From Dendrobates tinctorius (lineage: Eukaryota): a stretch of DNA of 64,000 nt. Under the pieces are notes generated by a model. The model made no database searches, was not told the origin of the DNA, and saw only the letters and a list, made by a program, of their open reading frames with translations. A program made the position numbers and the translations under genes. Where the stretch lies: the NCBI RefSeq assembly GCF_039654945.1, contig NW_027361982.1:1674001-1738000 (forward strand). Reading direction: 5' to 3'. Positions 49,152 to 61,100 of this stretch are shown here, piece after piece; position 1 is the stretch's first letter, and each line of letters begins with the position of its first letter.

Positions 49152-52100
49152 ATGGGACACGTCCTGTCGTTCACACACTGCAGTAAGTGTCGCTGCTGTA
49201 CAATTGTGTCTGGCTGTGAGTGCAGGTGCGGCATCTCCTCCATCATTGTCTTATGTAGGTGCTGCATATGGGTGTATCCTATACAGAGTGAGCGTGGGGT
49301 CCTCGTGTGACGGTCACCCAGATTATCACGTCATGTGCGACTGTCACACTACAACAGTAGTATCTGATGCTCTGACCGTATAAGCGGTGCGTGTATATAT
49401 CTGTGTGTTGGCGGTGCCGTGTTTGTATATATCTGTGTGTTGGCGGTGCCGTGTGTGTATATATCTGTGTGTTGGCGGTGCCGTGTGTGTATATATCTGT
49501 GTGTTGGCGGTGCCGTGTGTGTATACATCTGTGTGTTGGCGGTGCCGTGTGTATACATCTGTGTGTTGGCGGTGCCGTGTGTGTATATATCTGTGTGTTG
49601 GCGGTGCCGTGTGTGTATATATCTGTGTGTTGGCGGTGCCGTGTGTGTATATATCTGTGTGTTGGCGGTGCCGTGTGTATACATCTGTGTGTTGGCGGTG
49701 CCGTGTGTGTGTATATATCTGTGTGTTGGCAGTGCCGTGTGTGTATACATCTTTGTGTTGGCAGTGCCTGGGTGGGGGCGGTGCCGTGTGTGTATATACC
49801 TGTGTGTTGGCGGTGCCGTGTGTGTATACATCTGTGTGTTGGCGGTGCCGTGTGTGTATACATCTGTGTGTTGGCGGTGCCGTGTGTGTATATACACCTG
49901 TGTGTTGGCGGTGCCGTGTGTGTATATACACCTGTGTGTTGGCGGTGCCGTGTGTGTATATACACCTGTGTGTTGGCGGTGCCGTGTGTGTATATACACC
50001 TGTGTGTTGGCGGTGCCGTGTGTGTATATACACCTGTGTGTTGGCAGTGTCTGGGTGGGGGCGGTGCCGTGTGTGTATATATTTGTATTAGCGGTGCCGT
50101 GTGTGTATACATCTGTCTGTTGGCAGTGCCTGGGTGGGGGTGGTGCCTGTGTGTTGGCGGTGCCGTGTGTGTGTGTGTGTATACATCTGTGTGTTGGCGG
50201 TGCCGTGTGTATATACACCTGTGTGTTGGCGGTGCCGTGTGTGTGTATATTTGTGTGTTGGCGGTGCCGTGTGTGTATATACACCTGTGTGTTGGCAGTG
50301 CCTGGGTGGGGGCGGTGCCGTGTGTGTATATACACCTGTGTGTTGGCAGTGCCTGGGTGGGGGCGGTGCCGTGTGTGTATACACCTGTGTGTTGGCGGTG
50401 CCGTATGTGTATATATTTGTATTAGCGGTGCCGTGTGTGTATATACACCTGTGTGTTGGCAGTGCCTGGGTGGGGGCGGTGCCGTGTGTGTATACACCTG
50501 TGTTGGCGGTGCCGTGTGTGTATATATTTGTATTAGCGGTGCTGTGTGTGTATATATCTGTGTGTTGGTGCCGTGTGTATATATACACCTGTGTGTTGGC
50601 AGTGCCTGGGTGGGGGCGGTGCCGTGTGTGTATACACCTGTGTGTTGGCAGTGCCTGGGTGGGGGTGGTGCCTGTGTGTTGGCGGTGCCGTGTCTGTATA
50701 CATGTGTATTAGTGGTGCCATATGTGTATACACCTGTGTGTTGGCGGTGCCGTGAGTGTATACATCTGTGTGTTGGCGGTGCCGTGTGTGTATATATTTG
50801 TATTAGCGGTGCCGTGTGTGTATATACACCTGTGTGTTGGCGGTGCCGTGTGTGTATACATCTGTGTGTTGGCGGTGCCGTGTGTGTATATATTTGTATT
50901 AGCGGTGCCGTGTGTGTATATACACCTGTGTGTTGGCGGTGCCGTGTGTGTATACATCTGTGTGTTGGCGGTGCTGTGTGTGTATATATTTGTATTAGCG
51001 GTGCCGTGTGTGTATATACACCTGTGTGTTGGCAGTGCCTGGGTGGGGGCGGTGCCGTGTGTGTATACACCTGTGTGTTGGCGTTGCCGTGTGTGTATAT
51101 TTGTATTAGCGGTGCTGTGTGTGTATATATCTGTGTGTTGTCGGTGCTGTGTGTATATATACACCTGTGTGTTGGCAGTGCCTGGGTGGGGGCGGTGCCG
51201 TGTGTGTATACACCTGTGTGTTGGCAGTGCCTGGGTGGGGGTGGTGCCTGTGTGTTGGCAGTGCCGTGTCTGTATACATGTGTATTAGTGGTGCCATATG
51301 TGTATACACCTGTGTGTTGGCGGTGCCGTGAGTGTATACATCTGTGTGTTGGCGGTGCCGTGTGTGTATATATTTGTATTAGCGGTGCCGTGTGTGTATA
51401 TACACCTGTGTGTTGGCGGTGCCGTGTGTGTATACATCTGTGTGTTGGCGGTGCCGTGTGTGTATATATTTGTATTAGCGGTGCCGTGTGTGTATATACA
51501 CCTGTGTGTTGGCGGTGCCGTGTGTGTATACATCTGTGTGTTGGCGGTGCTGTGTGTGTATATATTTGTATTAGCGGTGCCATGTGTGTATATACACCTG
51601 TGTGTTGGCAGTGCCTGGGTGGGGGCGGTGCCGTGTGTGTATACACCTGTGTGTTGGCGTTGCCGTGTGTGTATATTTGTATTAGCGGTGCTGTGTGTGT
51701 ATATATCTGTGTGTTGGCGGTGCTGTGTGTATATATACACCTGTGTGTTGGCAGTGCCTGGGTGGGGGCGGTGCCGTGTGTGTATACACCTGTGTGTTGG
51801 CAGTGCCTGGGTGGGGGTGGTGCCTGTGTGTTGGCAGTGCCGTGTCTGTATACATGTGTATTAGTGGTGCCATATGTGTATACACCTGTGTGTTGGCGGT
51901 GCCGTGAGTGTATACATCTGTGTGTTGGCGGTGCCGTGTGTGTATATATTTGTATTAGCGGTGCCGTGTGTGTATATACACCTGTGTGTTGGCGGTGCCG
52001 TGTGTGTGTATACATCTGTGTGTTGGCGGTGCCGTGTGTGTATATATTTGTATTAGCGGTGCCGTGTGTGTATATACACCTGTGTGTTGGCAGTGCCTGG

Positions 52101-55100
52101 GTGGGGGCGGTGCCGTGTGTGTATATACCTGTGTGTTGGCGGTGCCGTGTGTGTATACATCTGTGTGTTGGCGGTGCCGTGTGTGTATACATCTGTGTGT
52201 TGGCGGTGCCGTGTGTGTATACATCTGTGTGTTGGCGGTGCCATGTGTGTATACATCTGTGTGTTGGCGGTGCCGTGTGTGTATATACACCTGTGTGTTG
52301 GCGGTGCCGTGTGTGTATATACACCTGTGTGTTGGCGGTGCCGTGTGTGTATATCCACCTGTGTGTTGGCGGTGCCGTGTGTGTATATCCACCTGTGTGT
52401 TGGCGGTGCCGTGTGTGTATATCCACCTGTGTGTTGGCGGTGCCGTGTGTGTATATCCACCTGTGTGTTGGCGGTGCCGTGTGTGTATATCCACCTGTGT
52501 GTTGGCGGTGCCGTGTGTGTATATCCACCTGTGTGTTGGCGGTGCCGTGTGTGTATATCCACCTGTGTGTTGGCGGTGCCGTGTGTGTATATCCACCTGT
52601 GTGTTGGCGGTGCCGTGTGTGTATATCCACCTGTGTGTTGGCGGTGCCGTGTGTGTATATCCACCTGTGTGTTGGCGGTGCCGTGTGTGTATATCCACCT
52701 GTGTGTTGGCGGTGCCGTGTGTGTATATCCACCTGTGTGTTGGCAGTGTCTGGGTGGGGGCGGTGCCGTGTGTGTATATATTTGTATTAGTGGTGCCGTG
52801 TGTGTATACATCTGTCTGTTGGCAGTGCCTGGGTGGGGGTGGTGCCTGTGTGTTGGCGGTGCCGTGTGTGTGTATACATCTGTGTGTTGGCGGTGCCGTG
52901 TGTATATACACCTGTGTGTTGGCGGTGCCGTGTGTGTATATATTTGTGTGTTGGCTGTGCCGTGTGTGTATATATTTGTGTGTTGGCGGTGCCGTGTGTG
53001 TATATATTTGTATTAGCGGTGCTGTGTGTGTATATATCTGTGTGTTGGCGGTGCCGTGTGTATATATACACCTGTGTGTTGGCAGTGCCTGGGTGGGGGC
53101 GGTGCCGTGAGTGTATACATCTGTGTGTTGGCGGTGCCGTGTGTGTATATATTTGTATTAGCGGTGCCGTGTGTGTATATACACCTGTGTGTTGGCGGTG
53201 CCGTGTGTGTATACATCTGTGTGTTGGCGGTGCCGTGTGTGTATATATTTGTATTAGCGGTGCCGTGTGTGTATATACACCTGTGTGTTGGCGGTGCCGT
53301 GTGTGTATATATTTGTATTAGCGGTGCCGTGTGTGTATATACACCTGTGTGTTGGCAGTGCCTGGGTGGGGGCGGTGCCGTGTGTGTATATATTTGTATT
53401 AGCGGTGCTGTGTGTGTATATATCTGTGTGTTGGCGGTGCCGTGTGTATATATACACCTGTGTGTTGGCAGTGCCTGGGTGGGGGTGGTGCCTGTGTGTT
53501 GGCAGTGCCGTGTCTGTATACATGTGTATTAGTGGTGCCATATGTGTATACACCTGTGTGTTGGCGGTGCCGTGAGTGTATACATCTGTGTGTTGGCGGT
53601 GCCGTGTGTGTATATCTTTGTATTAGCGGTGCCGTGTGTGTATATACACCTGTGTGTTGGCGGTGCCGTGTGTGTATACATCTATGTGTTGGCGGTGCCG
53701 TGTGTGTATATATTTGTATTAGAGGTGCCGTGTGTGTATATACACCTGTGTGTTGGCAGTGCCTGGGTGGGGGCGGTGCCGTGTGTGTGTACACCTGTGT
53801 GTTGGCGTTGCCGTGTGTGTATACATTTGTATTAGCGGTGCTGTGTGTGTATATATCTGTGTGTTGGCGGTGCCGTGTGTATATATACACCTGTGTGTTG
53901 GCAGTGCCTGGGTGGCGGCGGTGCCGTGTGTGTATACACCTGTGTGTTGGCAGTGCCTGGGTGGGGGTGGTGCCGTGTGTGTATACACCTGTGTGTTGGC
54001 GGTGCCTGGGTGGGGGTGGTGCCTGTGTGTTGGCAGTGCCGTGTCTGTATACATGTGTATTAGTGGTGCCATATGTGTATACACCTGTGTGTTGGCGGTG
54101 CCGTGAGTGTATACATCTGTGTGTTGGCGGTGCCGTGTGTGTATATATTTGTATTAGCGGTGCCGTGTGTGTATATACACCTGTGTGTTGGCGGTGCCGT
54201 GTGTGTATACATCTGTGTGTTGGCGGTGCCGTGTGTGTATATATTTGTATTAGCGGTGCCGTGTGTGTATATACACCTGTGTGTTGGCGGTGCCGTGTGT
54301 GAATACATCTGTGTGTTGGCGGTGCCGTGTGTGTATATATTTGTATTAGCGGTGCCGTGTGTGTATATACACCTGTGTGTTGGCAGTGCCTGGGTGGGGG
54401 CGGTGCCGTGTGTGTATATATTTGTATTAGCGGTGCCGTGTGTGTATATACACCTGTGTGTTGGCGGTGCCGTGTGTGAATACATCTGTGTGTTGGCGGT
54501 GCCGTGTGTGTATATATTTGTATTAGCGGTGCCGTGTGTGTATATACACCTGTGTGTTGGCAGTGCCTGGGTGGGGGCGGTGCCGTGTGTGTATATATTT
54601 GTTTTAGCAGTGCCGTGTGTGTATACACCTGTGTGTTGGCGGGGCCGTGTGTGTATATATGTGTATTAGTGGTGCCGTGTGTGTGTATACACCTGTGTGT
54701 TGGCAGTGCCTGGGTGGGGGTGGTGCCTGGGTGTTGGCGGTGCCGTTTGTGTATATATGTGTATTAGCGGTGCCGTGTGTGTGTGTATACACCAGTGTGT
54801 TGGTGGTGCCGTACGTGTATATCTTCGTGTTATCAGTGCTGCCAGTATGTTTGTAAAATTAGTCTCTATGGTAATTAAACATATGTTAGTGGGGGCGGGG
54901 CCGTGATGGACTCGTGCATTTATGCAAAACTTACCCAAAACTTATCAAAATTGTGCCTGTAATGTCTGTTTCTCCTGCAGAGGACGCTCCATCCACTGCC
55001 TCCAGCACCCCGGACTCCTGCCCTCCAGATGGTAAAGTCCCCGTGTGTATGTGTGTCCTCTATACTTGTCACATGACATGCACTATTGCTTTGTAGCTCC

Positions 55101-58100
55101 ACCCCTTCCGAATGGCTCCTCCTCCCTGTAAACACAATACTGGACTTCATTTATCAAACCCAACAGCTCAGCTTACATTTTTAAAAAATTTTCTGTTAAA
55201 AATTAAAAGGTGCACAGTGATTGGTTCCTATGGGCTCCAATGACAGCTGTACTGATAAATGAGGCCTGCCACATGTTCAGTGCTGCTCTGATTCTGCCTT
55301 CTTGTCTATGTTGTAGGTGACCTTGATGATGCCGCGGTGACCCTGGCTGATCTGTGGCCCTTACCTTCACCTCAGGAGCCAACTTTCTCTTACATTACCA
55401 TTGGAAGTTCAGCCCCATTAACTCGTCCCACAGTTAGGGCCCGAAGGGGACGGAGTCTGGGCCGAGGACAGTTACCAAGGAAAGAGGAACCGGAAGAGGA
55501 AACTGTGACCTATGTTCTGTTGGAGAAGGCGTGTCAGATCTCACAAGCCCTGCCCCCGAGCAACTATGAGGAACAGACACTAGTGGAGAAGCCCCAGCCA
55601 AGAATATCAGGGATCACAATGGGTGAGACATACGAGCTGCACGTCATGTGATACAGTGATATTACTACATGTCACCAAGGAGACACGGTACAGTGAATCC
55701 TCCAGCAGAAAAGTGAGTGCAGCTCTGGAGTGTAATGCAGGATGTAACTCAGGATCAGTAACATAATGTATGCACACAGTGACTGCACCAGCAGAATAGC
55801 GAGTGCATCTCTGGAGTATAATACAGGATGTAACTCAGGATCAGTAATGTAATGTATGCACACAGTGACTGCACCAGCAGAATAGTGAGTGCAGCTCTGG
55901 AGTATAACACAGGATGTAACTCAGGATCAGTAATGTAATGTATGTACACAGTGACTGCACCAGCAGAATAGTGAGTGCAGCTCTGGGGTATAATACAGGA
56001 TGTAACTCAGGATCAGTACAGGATCAGTAATGTATGTACACAGTGACTGCACCAGCAGAATAGTGAGTGCAGCTCTGGAGAATAATACAGGATGTAATTC
56101 AGGATCAGTAATTTAATGTATGTACACAGTGACTACACCAGCAGAATAGTGAGTACAGCTCTGGAGTATAATACAGGATGTAACTCAGGATCAGTACAGG
56201 ATCAGTAATGTATGTACACAGTGACTGCACCAGCAGAATAGTGAGTGCAGCCCTGGAGTATAATACAGGATGTAATTGAGGATCAATAGTGTAATGTATG
56301 TACACAGTGACTGCACCAGCAGAATAGTGAGTGCAGCTCTGGGGTATAATACAGGATGTAACTCAGGATCAGTAATGTAATGTATGTACACAGTGACTGC
56401 ACCAGCAGAATAGTGAGTGCAGCTCTGGGGTATAATACAGGATGTAACTCAGGATCAGTACAGGATCAGTAATGTATGTACACAGTGACTGCACCAGCAG
56501 AATAGTGAGTGCAGCTCTGGAGAATAATACAGGATGTAATTCAGGATCAGTAATTTAATGTATGTACACAGTGACTACACCAGCAGAATAGTGAGTACAG
56601 CTCTGGAGTATAATACAGGATGTAACTCAGGATCAGTACAGGATCAGTAATGTATGTACACAGTGACTGCACCAGCAGAATAGTGAGTGCAGCCCTGGAG
56701 TATAATACAGGATGTAATTGAGGATCAATAGTGTAATGTATGTACACAGTGACTGCACCAGCAGAATAGTGAGTGCAGCTCTGGAGTATAATACAGGATG
56801 TGACTCAGGATCAGTCATGTAATGTATGTACACAGTGACTCCACCAGCAGAATAGCTCTGCTCAGCTGCTGCTCATTGTGGTGATTGTGGGTGCGGTCGA
56901 CACTGATCCTGCTTTGTGTTCCTGAGCTCCAGAGAATCAACACCTCTCCACCCAGGGACCTACCCAGGGAGGAGTGGGTTTCCTGGGATGAGTGAAGGAA
57001 CCAAGTCCCAGGCTTCTGTTTCCCAGCAACCGGCCTGCACATCAGAGGACTCGGGGGTGAGGCGCTCAACCAGGAGTCGCAGCAATGTGGCTCCTACTCC
57101 CCCCAGGTTTGCAGAGACCCAGAGAAGCCGTAAGGCTTCCAACATGGAGGAGAAGCCTGCTAGCAGCGTGCAAGATGGCGGTCCTTCCGGAGGAAAGCTG
57201 AGTGCTCACGGAGGTAAGGCCGACCTCGCTGAGGAAAGTTGTGGGCTGCAGAAATCAAAGGAGTCTGTGTCCACCTATGCCTCCCGGGTCATGAGCCACC
57301 TCCGTGAATATGAAGAGGCGAGCAAGACCATCAGGAGGCTCCGGGAGGAGATGCGCTGCACAAGCGCCAAAGCTGCAGGTTCCTCCAGACCCGTGAAGAC
57401 CCAACTCCAGGCGGAGGTAAATCAACTGAAGCTGGATATTAATGAGCTGGAGGTGAGGAAAGTGTTCCTAAGAGAAAAAAGTGGACCATTTAAAGAAAAA
57501 CTAATAAATGAGGACAGATTTAGAGAAATGGCTGATAACAGAGAGCAAAGGCAGATGGGGCTGCAGCCTGAGAGCCAGGTGGATGATGATGATGATGACG
57601 ACCAGCAGAAAGCAGCACCTGGCAGCCTGCAAAGTCACCCGCAGGCCTCGTGCAGCGAGCTCCATGCTGGACAGGTGACATTGGCATCTGGTCGCAGTTC
57701 TGCTGGCTCTGGGGAGGACAGTGACAACAGCGGCCAGGGAGGGGCTCTAATGACGGAGATAAAGCTCCTGGAGTCCTCAGTGTGCCTTCAGAACTTCCAT
57801 CTTGGTGATGATTTACCAGAGGCGGCACCTGGGGACCAGAAGAAAAAGGCAAAGAAGAACAAGCCAAAGCTCCAGGAAGTGGTGAGCTATGTATATGCCC
57901 CCTTCCCTGTACCCCCCGAGTCAGCTGCAGGGTCAGCTCGCTGCATAAGCCCCGTTGCCCAGCCCAGCCCTGGTTCTGCTGTGGATCCGGTGCAAAGGCG
58001 CGGGAGAGTACAGAGCACAGTAGTGAGGCACAGAGCTCCGCCTCAGCAGGTGCATCAGCCGAGAGGCTGGACAGTGAGGGCGGCCCGGCGGCGGGTATAC

Positions 58101-61100
58101 GGTTAGGCCACGAAACTGTGGTGTGCTCCTCAGTGGGAGGGGGGAGCGGCCCAGTGTCGGGGGCAGCTCCGGTAGCCTTGGTGCCCCTAAATGCTGTTGC
58201 CGCTAATCACTTAGGTGAGAAGCGGCCGCAGTTTGAGGGGGCTGTTGGGGCTGGGTGTTCCGATCCTCCCAAGATCCCGTTCTGCGTTGGCGCTGCTGGT
58301 CAGCAAGATCCTGATGTAAATGATCAGCGGCGCCTCACAGCGGCAAAAGTTCGGCGCCTAATGAAGCAAAGAAACTTGCCAACTGGTGATGTGGAGGGCA
58401 CCCGTAAGTCCAGGGGTGATGTCGCCTCCAGTTGGAGGTGGATAATGGTGATACTGTTGGTGTTGATGTGGTCACTGGTCCGGTTGCCCCCCCCGGTGGT
58501 GGCAGTACCCGTTATTAGTTATGCCGCTGTCACCTCCGGGGAAAATAGGGCGTACTCCTTGTCTCCGAGCTCTGGGGATGGCATGTTGCAGCGGCGTCTC
58601 CTGGAGGCTCTAAAGAAGGGGGAGAGATCAGTAAAGGTAGAGAGTCGAGAGGTTGATCTATCCTTCTGGATAGAGAGGCATGTCCTCAGGGCCTTCCGAG
58701 AGCAAAATGGGGGAAATACAGTGTGGTCCCTTCCGACAGCCGGGCCAGGTAGTGTGCGTAGGAATGTGGTCCGTCTTCGGTGGAGGGGCACACCTCTGTG
58801 TCGTTAAAGAGGGGGAAGGATTCCTCCTCTGAGGCAGAGGATAATGGGAGTGGAAAGAAGAAAGCCATCTTACTCAATCACCAATGATGGCGGTACCCTC
58901 TCCGTTGACGCTGGCGTCCATTAATGTCGCCAGCATAAAGTCAAATGCAGCTAGATTTGCGGCCTTTGATTTTCTCAGCCGTGTTGAAGCTGACATTTTC
59001 TTTTTGCAAGAGACCAGACTGCCAAACATGGCAGACGTGTTTAAAGCCAAGAAGAAGTGGAGACTTGGGCCCTCCTATTGATCTCTTGCGGCCGAGCCGT
59101 ATAGCGGAGTGGCGGTCCTTTTTACCGCACTGGTGGAATGCCGACGGGCTATTGAATTAGAAATGGTGAGGTGCCTGATCTTGGATGTCCTCATGAAGGG
59201 ACAAGAGCTCCGGCTTATTAACATCTATGGTCCCCAATCTAAATGGGACCGGAAGTGTCTCTTTATGAGGATCAAGCCCTACCTTTTTACAAGTCGGCAG
59301 GTTGTCTTTGGAGGGGACTTCACTACTGTCACAAGGCCCTGAGATAGAGGAGGTTCCAGAGACAAGCTGACTTATGATAGCGTCGCCCTTAATTGTATAG
59401 CTAGTAAGGCTCGCTTGGTGGATGTCCACATTCGGCACACCCCAGGCCACGAGGGGTTCACCTATCATAGAGGTAACTGTAAGTCCAGAATAGATAGGTT
59501 TTATTTAAAGGAAGAAGCTGTCTCTTCAGCAGTGTCTGTTGTTGAGGTGGAGTTCTCCGACCACTGCTAATTTTGTTTTCTCTGAATGTTAGAGACCCTC
59601 CGGATGGGAAGAGGCTTTTGGAGGCTCAATTTGTCTCTCTTGGAAGAAGCGGACATAAGACAGTCCTTTGAGGATTTTCTTCAGAGCCAGGTACCCTTAC
59701 TGGATCTTTGTAGTAGTAAGTTAGAGTGGTGGGAGATGGTCAAGAAAAGGGGGGGCGAGATTCTTCCGCCAGCTCTCGAGCCTCAGGAGTCTGAACAGGT
59801 ACCGCCTGTATCAGGGTCTGAGGAGGAAACTCGAGCATCTTGTCTCAACTGGAGGTAGCCGCGAGGAGATCTCCAGAGTGAAATCTTTGCTCATGAGGTG
59901 TCAGTACGATACACACGCATCTTTGGTTTTTGAGAGGGATTACGGGAAGTACCGCTCGCCCGACCCTTACAGAAACTGCAAGATGTCAGTGAATAGTAAA
60001 GTTGTTATAGGACTGGTTGACACTGCGGGGTCCCTGAGGCGATCCAGATCAGGGATCCTGGACGTTGTCAGATCCTTCTAGTCGCACCTCTTGGGGAAGA
60101 GGGATCTTGATTGGGATAAGATGTCGGCTTTCCTGGCTGAAGTCGTTCCTGAACCAGGGGTAGACCCCTCTCTTGACGTATTGACAGAGATGATCAGGGA
60201 AGAGAAAGTTAAGTTGGCGATTGAAGGGCTTGCCCCAGAAAAATCACCCGGTCCAGATGGCTTAACATCTGAGTTTTATAAGACCTTTAAGGACGCTTTG
60301 GTTCCACTCTTGACTGAGGTATTCAATGAGTGTCTTTCCTCGGGCACTCTGCCAAAGTCAATGAGGAGGACTGCCCTGATCATCTTGTCAAAGGGTAAAG
60401 ACCCATCTTGCATTGAGAATTGGTGTCCCATAGCGCTTCTCAATGCAGACAGGAAGGTTCTGGCAAAGGTGCTGTTTAATCGGCTGGTGAAATTTGCACC
60501 CTGACTCCTTTCAGAGGCCCAGCATTGCTCTGTTCCAGTTCGCAGCACATTTAGTGCAGTGCTCGGTGTCCGGGTGGTGGTGGAGCAGGGTAGGGCAGGT
60601 CACTGGAAGGGGTACATGCTGTCACTGGACCAGGCAAAAGCGTTTGATCGGGATAATCACAAGTACCTCTGGTTTGTCCTTCTGAGATATGGCCTGCCGG
60701 GGGGGGGGGGGGGGGTGTTGTGAGGTGGGTTTATCTTGTGGGACTATGGGACACTGGGGTGTTTGGGGAAACACTGGCACTGCGTGATCTGGCCTATGGA
60801 CGTTGGACATGGACTGAGGCATGAGACGCAGGACCAGCTCTCTGGTCAGTGCGGGGGTTGGGAATGGTGGGCTTCAGTGTGGGGTGTTTAGTCTTGTATA
60901 TATTTGTATAGTTTGGTTATTTTATATACTGTATATGCTGTATTTATATAAAAAAAAAAAAAGTTTATATATTTATGTCAGCCTTTGTTTATTTTAATTT
61001 TCTTATTAGTTTGTTTGGTGACCGTAAGGTGTAAGTTATTATTAGTTGTTATTCTGTATATATGTATAATATGTGTGAGAGGAGAGAATGAGCGGCTGGA

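Noticed and set aside
46737-54938. Many long H/T/Y-rich or C/V-rich ORFs, up to 1127 aa
   Set aside because: Satellite translations on both strands with no domain content.
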